DNA of 64,000 nucleotides from Octopus sinensis (Eukaryota): positions 78,926,001 to 78,990,000 of the forward strand of contig NC_043002.1 in assembly GCF_006345805.1 (NCBI RefSeq). The letters are read 5' to 3'. Numbering within the stretch: position 1 is the first letter of the stretch; the number at the start of each line of letters is the position of its first letter. Below are positions 1 to 12,500 of the stretch, in pieces. The position numbers and the translations under genes are program-made. Under the pieces are notes generated by a model. That model ran no database searches, was not told the DNA's origin, and was given only the letters and a program-made list of their open reading frames with translations.

Positions 1-210
1 GGTGTGTGTGTTTTTTATGTTGATGTGCTTTGGGTGGGTTGCCATGGTTTGATTTGCTACATATTTAGGAGTCCTATTCATGAATATGAACCAAAGGATC
101 TCATTTTGTTTATGAGCTTCAGGCACAAAGACACACTCACACATAGACATATGTGTCTGTCTATATCTATATATATATATATATAATATGTATATGTATA
201 TATATATATG

Positions 211-1422
211 TTGGGTCATCCCATAAATAATGCAGTTTTTTTATACTTCTTTTATTTTTCAAAATTAAGATAAACAATGTTCTTTTTTAATCTAAAATAT
301 ACTCTCCATTTTCTACAATGCTCTTCCATCTATCTAGCAGACTTGCAAGGCCCCTCTTCCAAAATTCACTTGTCCATAATGAAAAATACTCCTCCAGCTC
401 TGACCTCATCTACAGAATTCATATTTTTTCTGTCCAAATGATTTTGAAGTCTGCTGAATAAATGATAATCAGATGGGGCAATGTCTGGTGAATATGTTGG
501 GTGGGGCAGCATTTCCCAATCAAACTGCTCCAGCCTTTGGAATGTCATCCTCATTTTTCTTCTAATGCTGACTTAAGCCACTCAAGATGCTCACTGTAGA
601 TCTCCTTTGTTATTGTTTTGTTTGGGTTTAAAAGTTCAAAGTGGACTAAATCTGTCATATCCCACCAAACAGATAACAACACCTTACATGGGTAAAAACC
701 TTTAGCTGGGGTGCTGGTGTTGCTCTTTTCCCTACCCACTGTCTTTGGCACATGACATTTCTATAGAAAACCTATTTCTTGTCACTAGTCACTATTCAGT
801 CCAAAAAAAGGTTAATCCATGAGAAGTGGCTGCAAAGAAGAGCGCACATTCACTCTCTACATGCAATTAGACTCAGAAAGTTTGTGAGGAACCCATTGAC
901 TCAATTTGACTTTTCCAATGGCACGCAGGTGTTGATGAATGTTTGAATGACCAAATCCAAGCTTCTCTGCTAGTTTCTTAACAGTTATGATGAGATTTTG
1001 TTCTACCAGGTTTTGCAGGATGTCCTTGTCAAGGTCTACAAATCTTCCAGGACAAGGATAATCTTTTAGGCTATAGTTTCTGGCTAGGAGTTTCTGGAAC
1101 CACTGTTGACACTGGCTTGCGCTTATTGTCCAATCTCCATATACTGCATTAATATTCCTCACACTTTCCATTCCATTGTTGCCTTTATTGAACTCATAAA
1201 ACAAAAGATGCCAAATGTGCTCCTTTGTCACTTCCATTATAGCTTTGAAAAAATAACTGTTAAAATCAAACTGCACTCTTCAAAACTTGCACTAAGAAGA
1301 AGTACAAGATAAAATTACTACCTGTTTTTATAGCAAGTTGATGCAGGAAGTTTATTCCGTCCCCCTCAGACTCTTAGTTCATACAATTGAAAAAGAACTG
1401 CATTATTTATGGGATGACCCAA
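211..1422 (-). mobile_element. Mariner (DD34D-type) transposon, decayed
   Basis: 27-bp TIRs: ttgggtcatcccataaataatgcagtt at 211-237 and its inverse at 1396-1422, with TA on the right flank. ORF fragments include WVPHKL, KVLLSVWWD and [16 protein letters not shown]. The segment encoding the second catalytic Asp is deleted. Confidence 0.92.
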
Positions 1423-1976
1423 TATATATATATCTATATATATAAAAGAGGCTTCCACACTGTTACTGTTTACCATATCCACTCTCAAGGCATTGATCAA
1501 CCTAGCTAGAATTGAAAATAATTGCCCAAGGTTCTGTGCAGTGGGACTGAATCAGAAACCACCTGGTTGAAAAGCAAGCTTCTTAACCACACAGCCATGC
1601 ATGTGCGGTGGCACGTAAAAAGCACCCACTACACTCACAGAGTGGTTGGCATCCAGCTGTAGTACACTGCCAGATCAGACTGGGCCTGGTGCAGCCTCCT
1701 GGCTTCCAAGACTTCGGTCGAACCGTCCAACTCATGCTAGCATGGAAAGCAGACGTTAAACGATGATGATGATGATATATATATATATATATCATCATTT
1801 TAATGTTCATTTTTAAATGCTTTCATGGGTCAGACAATATTTACTTTAGCTGGATGCTCTTTCTGTTGCCAACCCTCACCTATTTCTAAGTAAGGTAATA
1901 TTTCCACAAAGCTAGATATCTCAGAAGATTGGAAATGAAGGACACCACTTGCATCCATATGTGTATGTTTATACAT

Positions 1977-2820
1977 ACAGGGTGCAGTGAATAAGCTGTC
2001 TAAATTATGCAAAAATGAAAATAACACTGATATCTCATTTTACCAGATATATGTACTAAAATTACACAGAAATATCTTGAAATACTAAAGAGTAAATTTA
2101 TTCAATAAAATCTTCATTGGCTTCAATCATGGCCTCCAGATGACTTCAGAATCTCTTCTGGAAGATCTTGTTTATGTTGGCGAATGCTGCTATAATCCTT
2201 GCTTTTGGTTAATCTTTGGTGTTTGTTGGTCAAGTGTTGTTGGTCTCATGCTCAAATGCATCCCACACATAACAATCAAGGGGTTGCAGTCTGGGGAGTT
2301 AGGTAGCCAGATGTCAGATGTTGTTGTAGATATTGTCTGACAGCCATGACTGCATTCTCCTGCTTGTGTGGTATGGTGCAGAGTCCTGTTGCCAGACAAA
2401 GTGTCTTCCAGCAGTTGCCCTCTTAACCCAGGGCAGCACTACATTCTCCAGGCACTTGATGTAGGCCTCTGTGTTGAGTTTGAGGCTATGTGAGAAGATG
2501 AATGGAGGCATAAAGTCACCATCACAAATGATCACTCCAAACACCATGATGTTGACTGGATGTTTGATTTTTATTATTCTTAGTACATGTCCTCAGATTG
2601 ACACCCAAGCATTCTGAAATTTTCATATTGGAGCTTCCAGCATATCATTTCCAAATTTCTGGCAAAATGGATTGCATCATGGTGCTGTTTTTCTCACAGA
2701 CAGTGCCCAACTGACCCTATTATACTGTGTAGTCAACAAAATCAAGAACAAAAACTGCACATGCACGAAATTAAATATATAAAAATATAAAATGGTGGCA
2801 ATTTACCCATCATTCCCTGT
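1977..2820 (-). mobile_element. Tc1/mariner superfamily remnant, maT/DD37D-like
   Basis: Fragments FGVIICDGDFMPPFIF, WQQDSAPYHTSR and WLPNSPDCNPLD. Imperfect tacaggg... termini at both ends. The subfamily call is inference from motif spacing. Confidence 0.7.
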
Positions 2821-2829
2821 ATATATATA

Positions 2830-3470
2830 TATTCCATTCCCCCCATTTGTGCTATCACTTATCTCTGTCCTTGGAGCCACATACCCAACATCATCCCTTA
2901 CCACTTTATTTTCCACTAAATCCCTTTTTCCCCTGAACACCCCCTCATATCTGCCATCAACAGCACCCCACACTTTTTTTGCTACTCACTATATACCTCT
3001 CAGCAGCCCATGTCTTTGTCATTGTGCATATCTCTCACTCTCTCCACCCACACTCTGCAATGGCTCCCTATTTCTCATTCATCTATAAGCTTATTATACT
3101 GTTGCTCTCCACCTCACCACTTTTTACCTATTACCTGCTCCTTGATCCACTTCTATTCTCCTTTACCTCCACTCCAACCCAAGATTCACCATTCACTGCA
3201 TTCGCCTCTGACCCCACCTCTAACCATCTGTCCCTCTCCTTTCACAGACTCAGAAACCTACCCCTCCAACCATCCTCAAGTCTTCTGGCTCTATTTTTTT
3301 CTTTATCTACTTCCTTGTAAATTGATGGTGTCCCCCAATACCTTGTCTCCATCTTTTCTCCCTTTCCTGCTGGGGTCGCCATGTATCTCCTTTACAGCCA
3401 GACACCTATTCCTGTCCCTCTATCCTATTATAGCCTCTTCACATCTGGCACGAAACCATCACCCTTGATA
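2830..3470 (-). mobile_element. Highly decayed RTE-like LINE remnant
   Basis: Purine-rich minus strand, weakly resembling the RTE C-terminal fragment at 27656-28078. A 75-bp piece (about 3027-3100) is duplicated at about 3830-3906. Confidence 0.3.
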
Positions 3471-3738
3471 CTGCACCCCTATTTACTTGAAGGGCCTTGT
3501 ATTGTGAGTTACTTGGTAACCTCACAAGCACTAGTGCAATGAAAAAAGCACCCAGGACACCTATATAAAGGGGTGGGTATTAGGAAGGATAGTTTGCATG
3601 TAGAAACCATGTCAAGGCAAGCATTGTTGTTGCATGCAATCCTCTGGTTCATCAGAGCCTATTAAACTGCCCAGCCCATGCCAGCATGAGATATGGATAT
3701 GTTAAATTATGACGATGCTGTGTAAACGTGTGTGTGTG

Positions 3739-3812
<74 letters not shown>

Positions 3813-4711
3813 CATTTATACATGTGTGCATATCTCTCTCTCTCTCTCTCTCCACCCATACTCTGCAATGGCTCCCTATTTCTCATTCATCTACAAGCTT
3901 ATTATACAGATATATAAACATGTGTGTGTATATATACCCCACACACACACATATATATAGATAGGGGGAGAGAAGGAGGTAGAGAGGAGGTAGAAAGAAG
4001 GAGAGAGAAGGAAAGGAGAGAGAGAGAGAGAGTGAAAGGAAGAGAAAGAGACTCTCTCACACACACACATATATGTATATATAAACAGTTGTATTTATAT
4101 GTATACACATAAAATAACACAGATAAGACAAAAATTAGGAACTATTATCTGAAACACCACTTATATGACATGTCATCCATTCATCATCATTATAAACAGT
4201 TTAATACCATATATAGTTTAGCACCAAGTTCTTGTGAACTAGCACTGGTCATTGATTGTCTTATAGTGTTCTTGCCCTCATTCATCCTTTTATAAACATT
4301 TGTCTATGTGAAATGGGCTTCACTTATATTTATTTGTCTTAATGTCATTTTAATTCTGAAATGTCTTCTTACTTGCTAGCTCAATATCAGTAACTCCAAT
4401 GTGAATGTGTTGCAAGAAGTTATCATTTTTTAATTAAACCCCACTCTACGTTATGCAGGTATACAATAGGGGAAGCAGGTGTCATCCCCAAAATACTTTC
4501 TTGCTTGATGCAGAGAGATTCTATGCTACTATATTGTTCAACAGATTGAAGTGTTTAACCCTATTATGTTTTAATTTGGTAATATGTTGAAAAAAAAACT
4601 GTCTTTCATGTGTAAATTATTCTCATCTTTTATCTTCATTTACTTGTTTTAATCACTAGACTGCAATACATGTATACACACACACTCACGCATGTATGTA
4701 TATATATATAT

Positions 4712-6135
4712 ATTCACATCAGCAGTGGCAGTGTTTTATCATCTGTCCGATAGTTTATTTGGCTTCTTCTTGATTTCTTCTTCCCCTCTGTCCATGTTTA
4801 TGCTTCTGATGGCTAATGAGGCTGGTTCTTGCATGGAGGTGTCTACTGCAAAGTTCACAAGGGATCCGTGGGGGAGGCTTTGGTTGTTGCAGCCTCCATT
4901 TTCTTTCTTGCCATGTCTCTTCTTCTTTCCTCTGTCGTTCAGCTACAAAATAATCTGTCACAGTGGAGATGGAATGATGCCAGCCTGGCCTGTCTGGAGC
5001 TTCAATGTCCCAAGCTTTGGGATCGATTCCAGTCAGTTTTAAGCTTTGCTTCAGTTGGTCCTTGTATTGACGAAGGGGACAGCCATGGCGTCTTCTTCCA
5101 GTGGAAAGTTCACCATATAAAATTTGATGAGGCAGACTGGTCTCTGTCACTCTTGCTACATAGCCCGCCCATCTCAGATGATGTTTCAAGATGGTAGCCT
5201 TGATGCTACAGCTTTTCGTTCTCTCCAAAATGGAGACATCAGTCACATAATCATTCCATTTGATATTCATAATAGAGAGGAGCTTCTGTTGGTGAAATCA
5301 CTCTAGTTTTTTGACATCACTTCAGTAAAGAGTCCACATTTCACAGCTACTTGGTAGACACTCAATTTTGTTTGGTGGTTCAGATCTTTGTTCTTAAACC
5401 CTCTTTTTGCGACTCCACCAAACGTGGTGTGAGCCACTCTTAATCAGTTCTCTACATCCTTTTCCGATGTGCACTTGTTTGAAAGCAAACTTTTTAGGTA
5501 TGAAATATGGTCAACTTTCTCCAGTGGCATCTCTGAGAAGGTAATGTTGAGATCTGGAGTTTCCTGACTCAGAACGGGTTGTGCCAGGATTTTTGTCTTT
5601 TTGATGTTGACTTTTAGGTCAAACCGAATGAAAACATTGGTGAAGTTATTCACCGATTGTTGAAGTTTTTCACTGGAGTGGCAGACTGCTGCATTATCAT
5701 CAGCATACTGAAGTTCAGTGTTTTTTTTTTGGTTTTTTGTTTTTGCTTCCTGGTCAGTCTTTGTGACTTCAATCTGGCAAGATTGAGACATCCCCCATCA
5801 TATCAGTACCTAATGTTGATTTCTGGATCATCTGAAGGCAGTTCATGAAACACTGCTGCAAGGTACTGGGAGAAGAGTGTCAGAGCAAAAACGCATCCTT
5901 GTTTTAATCCTCCAGTGATGGGTAAGTCTTCAGACAGTTGGTTTTGATGGAAGATGGTTCCAGTCATACCATCATATAATCCCTGTACTAGGGAAATGAA
6001 CTGATTGAAGCAGCCAGAAGACCTTCCAAATTGCAGGCCTTGGGACAGTATCAAGGGCCTTTTGAGGTCATAGAAAACAAAATAGGTTTTTGTTGTACTC
6101 TACTCTTTTCTTGTATTTGTCGAGTACAAAAGATC
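4712..6135 (-). mobile_element. RTE-clade (BovB-like) LINE 3' fragment, reverse transcriptase pseudogene
   Basis: ORF pieces GLKQGCVFALTLF, ELQYADDNA, LRWAGYVARV and QILYGEL..G.R..G....YKD.LK, interrupted by frameshifts. Confidence 0.9.
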
Positions 6136-6358
6136 ATGTCAGTTGTCCCTCTGGATGGTTGAAATCCACATTGTGGTTTGTGTAGGACTTCCTATATATA
6201 TGTATACACACACACATACACATATATTAAATATGTCTAACCCATGCCAGCACAGAAAGGGGATGATATATATGATGATATACATGCATATATATATATA
6301 TATATCCACACACATACATATATATATATATATTTATATATCCACACACACACATACA

Positions 6359-6399
<41 letters not shown>

Positions 6400-6419
6400 A
6401 AATCAAAATCAATTTGATG

Positions 6420-6901
6420 ACTGGCATCCATGCTAGCGGGGTACAAAGAGCACCATACGAGTGTGATCGTTGACAGAGTGGCTATTCGAGTATGATCGTT
6501 ACCGGCATCGCCTTACTGGCACTTATGCCTGTGCTAGTAGAGTGCCAAGAGCACCATCCGATTGTGATTGTTGCCAGAGCAGCCAACTGGCTTCCGTACC
6601 CGTGGCATGTAAAAGGGCACTATTCGAGCGTGATCGTTACCAACGTCGCTTCACTGGCACATGTAAAAAGATTCGAGCGAGGTCATTGCCAGTACCGCCT
6701 AACTGGCCCCCGTGCCGATGGCACGTAAAAAGCACCCACTACACTCTCAGAGTGGTTGGTGTTAGGAAGGGCATCCAGCTGTAGAAACTCTGCCAGATCA
6801 AGATTGGAGCCTGGTGCAGCCATCTGGTTCACCAGCCCTCAGTCAAAATCGTCCAACCCATGCTAGCATGGAAAACGAATGTTAAACGATGATGATGATG
6901 A
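6420..6901 (+). mobile_element. SINE family B (ends ...gttaaacgatgatgat) with internal minisatellite
   Basis: Conserved 3' block aaaaagcacccactacactc...catccagctgtagaaac...aacccatgctagcatggaa..gttaaacgatgatgat. Other copies at 1598-1775 (+), 19090-19330 (-), 28320-28641 (+), 35454-35925 (-), 41934-42380 (-) and 63320-63598 (+). Confidence 0.88.
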
Positions 6902-6954
6902 TATATATATATATAGTTGAAAAAAGATTAGAGATCTATACAAATCAAATATTT

Positions 6955-7222
6955 ATATATAAAAGATGGAGATGGAAATGGTGCAGAAGTAAGTCTAAGA
7001 CATTTCAATTTAAGAAGGAATTTAATAAAAATGTTCTTGACCCTCCAGACAGAATATAAAACTGTTTTTACTTCAAATTTTTAGAAAAATTTTTACTGAT
7101 AGTTGATGAAATACATCGAAACCCGTAATATTTTCTTTGTATAATTTTTTTATTAAATTCCCTTTTAAATTGAAATGTCTTAGACTTACTTCTGTGTTAT
7201 TTCCACCTCAATCTTTTATATG
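6955..7222. mobile_element. MITE-like element with inverted repeats of about 75 bp
   Basis: 6955-7032 is the approximate reverse complement of 7146-7222 (core cagaagtaagtctaagacatttcaattt). Confidence 0.7.
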
Positions 7223-7472
7223 TATGTATGTGTGTGTGTGTGTATGTATAAGCTGTCAATTGGACTCCACAAAAACTAGGATAAGCTCTTGTTTAATGAG
7301 CCTTTGAACTTGAGACAGGCTTAAAATTTTAACTTTAATTTGTTCATATTTATGTTGCTTGATCAAATTTGTATTGCGCAGTTGTATTATAAATGAATTA
7401 TACTTTCCTCAAAACAGAAAACACACAAATTATCATTTCTAAAAAAAATTTTAATCTAAATTTATTTTCTAG

Positions 7473-7590
7473 ATATGTGGCTGCAATAATTTTTCTGTCA
7501 ATACATCAGAGGTTGGTTTATCTTTGAACAAGTATTCTTTGAAAGATGCCTTCCTTGAAATCACAGCTTCAGTTACTGATGTAGAAACAA
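7473..7590 (+). CDS. TEP exon 1 in window (end of MG3)
   Basis: ag|ATATGT...ACAA|gtaag; [39 protein letters not shown]; ends phase 1. Confidence 0.85.
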
Positions 7591-7776
7591 GTAAGAGTCA
7601 TTCATCTTTTTTCTCAGTTGAAGTAAACATTGTCAATTTGATTTAATTTTTATTTTCCTTATTTAGAATATTTTAATAATTCTGGTTAGATAAACTGAAG
7701 CTAATAAAGTAACTTGACTTATTTTGATACCCTAAACTTGACTTCTCCATCATTATATTTCTTGACTTCAATAATG

Positions 7777-7821
<45 letters not shown>

Positions 7822-9228
7822 TTATGAGAGGTAATGGTGTCAAGAAGGCCCAAAGGTGTCAGGTAAGGCTGAGTAAGTGCTATAGACAGACCATAGTTAA
7901 GTTCCAGGTTCGGTGATTATATAAATGAGGAGTCCAACATAGGTCATATATTGGTATGCATATATATAAAAAATTAACTGAATGAGATAAAAATCCAAGG
8001 CTGAGGAAGATTTCAGAACATTTATAAAGAGATCTTACAGCTGTTTCCAGGATATTTTATATATCTCTTCATTGGAGACTGTGTGAGAAAAAGGTTAAGC
8101 AATAGTTATTCTAGAGAGGATATGAAATAGAGAGTGAAGTGGAGGAACGAAAACAGACATGAGATATGCACGGATATTGTATCTGCAGTTCCATTATTTA
8201 AGCAGAATGGTACTGCAGATACAATATCCGTGCATATCTCACGTCTGTTTTCATTCCTCCACTTCACTCTCTATTTCATATCTTCTCTAGAATAACTATT
8301 GCTTAACCATCTTCTCACACCGTCTCTGATGAAGGGATATATAAAATATCCCAGAAACAGCTGTAAGACCTTCTCTTTATAAATGTTCTGAAATCTGAAA
8401 TATGGGTTTTGATTTACTGTCAGATGACTTTTGGCCAACCCTGTATGATGAATGAGGAAGTGCATGTTGGTGCATACAAACATTCATCTCAGCCTGATTT
8501 ACTGAAAGACAAATGTCTGGGTTAGACTAGTGGAGAAAGCTGCAATTAAATGTGATGTATTTTATTCAAAATAATGAGCCCTAAAAATACATATACTCTA
8601 TTGCATGTGAGCTTATCAGGGACTGATGAACTTTTGGGTGATTCAGAATATGTATTTTGTTAGACTAATTGTTTTCGATAAAGCATATTGACACTCAGAC
8701 TTCATATTTTCAGTCCTTTATTCTAAGTGGCCTGACTATGTTCCGATGAACTGGTAACCCTCTGCAATATACGTGTGCATGTTTGTATTTATATTGTCCA
8801 GTAGTATATTACTGATTTTAGCATATAACTGATGTAAATGTTATCAACACTTTCATGCCAATTATTACACTTGCAATGTTGATGACTCTTTAGATATACT
8901 GGCTGGAAGTGCTTCTGGCCAGCATGTCTGAAGAGTTGTCAACATTACCAAATATAAATAGTCAGAATGAAATTGTCCGTAACATTCAAACCAGTTATGT
9001 GCCAAAACTAGTAATATAGAGCAATTATACATAAAATAATTGCTCTATTTTATGTATAATATAGGTGCAGGAGTGGCTGTGTGGTAAGTAGCTTGCTTAC
9101 CAACCACATGGTTCCGGGTTCATTCCCACTGCGTGGCACCTTGGGCAAGTGTCTTCTACTATAGCCTTGGGCCAACCAAAGCCTTGTGAGTGGATTTAGT
9201 AGATGGAAACTGAAAGAAGCCCGTCGTA

Positions 9229-9269
<41 letters not shown>

Positions 9270-9526
9270 ATATATATGTGTCTGTGTTTGTCCCCCAACC
9301 ATTGCTTGACAACCGATGTTGGTGTGTTTACATCCCCGTAACATAGTGGTTCAGCAAAAGAGACTGATAGAATAAGTACTAGGCTTACAAAGAATAAGTC
9401 CTGAGGTCGATTTACTTTACTAAAGGTGGTGCTCCAGCATGGCCGCAGTCAAATGACTGAAACAAGTAAAAGAGTAAAGAGTAATATATATAAGCAAAGT
9501 AGCTGGCTATGATGTATATATATGTA

Positions 9527-9560
<34 letters not shown>

Positions 9561-12500
9561 ATGTATGTATAGTAGCTATATAGTTACGATTTTAAAACTA
9601 ATACCCGTCATTTAACAAGACACATTACTCTGCTCGAGTTTGTCTACCTGGTTTACAACAGGTTCCACTTCTATTTAACAGTTGAATAGCTAACAACAGA
9701 GAAAGCATCCAACTGCAAAAAGATGTTTCCCAACAATAAATATTTTTTTTCATTTTATACAGAAATGGTTGTCAACTCAACAGTTTATGGACCAGAGATA
9801 AAGAATGAATATGTAAAAATTGACCTACAGTTTTCTCAAGGATATTTCAAGCCTGGTTTCCCTTACTATGGGAAGGTTTGATACTTTTTCATTACCTCCA
9901 AAACAATTCTAATGATTAATAAGATTTAAATCTGATTATTTCATTTCCTATTTTATTGTAACTGTTATCACTGAGATGACAAAGAGTGCCTAAATGTTGG
10001 TTTCAAATTTTGGTTCAAGCCCAACAATTTCAGGGAAGATTACATCGACCTCACTGGTGCTTATTTTATCAATCTGAAAGAATGAAAGGCAAAGTCGACC
10101 TCAGCTGAATTTGAACTCAGAACATTAAGATGGATGAAATGCTGCTAAGCATTTTTCCTGGTGTACTAACAATTCTGCCAGTTCACTGCCCTAAGGGGTA
10201 CCTAAATATTACACATATTCTTAGTGTTAGCTAGTGAAGGAGTCTTTACATGGTCATTTGGTTTGCTCAGACTAGCAGCCAAATGTTTCTCAGATCACTA
10301 CTATGCACTTGAAAAAAAAATAATAACTGGGTAGGACATATTGGACAATGTGGTCCTAGACATGCTAGTTTCAGAGAAGGTTGAAATGATAACATATGGC
10401 ACTCCTTTGTTCATAGGCTTGCTCAATGAGAGTAGATCTGAGGATAAAGAACACTAACATTCTGGCTCATGTAATGTTAGCATCTTCTATTTATATTGAT
10501 GTGGGACCTATTACTGTTAACTCAATGCAACTTATGTAAGCAAACTGAAAAGAGTGAAATGTTAGCGACAAATAATAATTTCAAATGTTTTCCACAAGGG
10601 CAGCTTGGGGGAAGTGAGGATGAGTTGATTACATCAACCCCAGTGTTCAACTGGTACTTATTTTATCAACCCTGAAAGGATGAAAGGCAAAGTCGACCTC
10701 AGTGGAATTTGAACTCAGAATGTTGCGACAGGCAAAATACCACTAAGTATTGCATCCAACATGCTAACAATTCTGCCAGCTTGCCACCTTTGCAACAAAT
10801 AACAATAATGATAATAGTGACAATTATTACCCTCATCATTAATATCAATTTCAAATTTTGGCACAAGGTCAATAATTTCAGGAGATGGGGTAAGCCAATT
10901 ACATCAACCCTAAATTATTTGGTAATTATTTTATCGAATCCAAAAGAATAAAAGGCAAAGTTGACCTTGGTAGAATTTGAACTCAGAACGCAAAGATGGA
11001 TGAAATGCTGCTACACATTTTACCCAGCATACTAATGATTCTGCCAGTTTGCCAACTCAACTTCAGCTAGTCATCTACGGTCACAGCTAGTGACTTAGCA
11101 ATACATAGCATTACATTTCTTATATATGTGGGGTTGGTTATAAAACCAAAAACTCCGTGGAAAAAGTAAATAAAAATAATGAATAAGAAAACATAGGAAA
11201 CAGTTTTAAGAGAAATTGCTTCAGAAAGTTGGACAGAACTGTAGTAATTCTGAAAGGAAGCCAAAAATGGTTGGTAGTTCTATAATTAGTCATCAAATCT
11301 CACCTTCACATTATCAAAAGGACTAGAGGAAGAAATGATTTTTTTATAAACTATGTTAAATGTTACATCCCATTAAACACATGGTCATATTACAAAATAG
11401 TTACATCCATTTTATAGCTTTCTTTAAAATTATATATATTTTATTTTATTTTCAGGTTTTAGTTTCCAAACCTGACAATAGTATTGCTGCAGGGGAAGTT
11501 ATAGAAGTCACAGCTGTTGACTATGTCAATGACATTGAACTTTCTGGTATTTTCACTTCCAATGAGAAAGGAGAAATATATTTTACTATTGACCACTTTG
11601 ATAAATATACTGAAGAATTTGTACTTCAGGTAACAATATTGTGTTCTATTCTTATTTAATTTTCAAAATGTTTTCTTAAATGTAAGAGTAAACTGCCAAT
11701 TGGATACGGCATTCGTACTACATATCTGCTCATTTCATTTCCATATTCTAAGTTTCTAAGTCTTTGGGCATGAGACTTAACCTTTTTGTGACCATATTTC
11801 AAATAAAATATACTGCTTATATAATACTACTATATTGTAATTAAATTTGAAAATATTCAACAATTTGAAGGGATTTAATAAAATCTCTAACTTTGTCATT
11901 GGTGTGTTAGGGCCATAGTTATGTTCCAAACACCATCTATTAAGCTAGTGTTTAGAATATAAATCTGCCTTAAGCCTATATGCTCTTGAAGCCCAAGCTT
12001 CTCAGAGGATTTTCAAGGCATTTAGGCTGAGAGTACAAGACTGACTTCTGAAAGGGATACCAGTCCATCACAAGGTTAACTGTCTGGTGCAATGCCAACA
12101 AGTTTAGCGGGAAAGGGTAAACCAATTACATCGACCTCAGTACTTGACTGTTACTTTTTTTTTTATCAAGCCTGAAAAAGGATGAAAGGCAAAGATGACC
12201 TCACCAGAATTTGAACTCAGTATGTAAAGAGTCAGTAGAAATGCCAACTAAGCATTTAATTCACATGCTAATGATTCTGCCAGCTCACTGTTTTTATTCT
12301 TTGATAAAATCAAAATACAGATAATATATATAAATATCAGAATTTGTTGGACCAATATACACATTTTAAAAATTTTGTTTAGAATGATCCATTTTTTTTT
12401 CATGGGTTTAAAAAATTTGTTGTCTTCAAATTTAGATGTTTACATGAAATATTGAATCCTAGTGATCCATTTTTATTTGTTAACCCTATACTTACAAGCT

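Noticed and set aside
4458-4550. Possible upstream TEP exon (gcag|G TAT ACA ATA GGG, reading YTIG)
   Set aside because: Only a superficial resemblance to YTYGKPV; it runs into a stop with no convincing donor of the right phase
8894-9020. Possible extra exon after ttag in intron 1
   Set aside because: It hits a stop in the phase required by exon 1 and has no TEP similarity; exons 1 and 2 join cleanly
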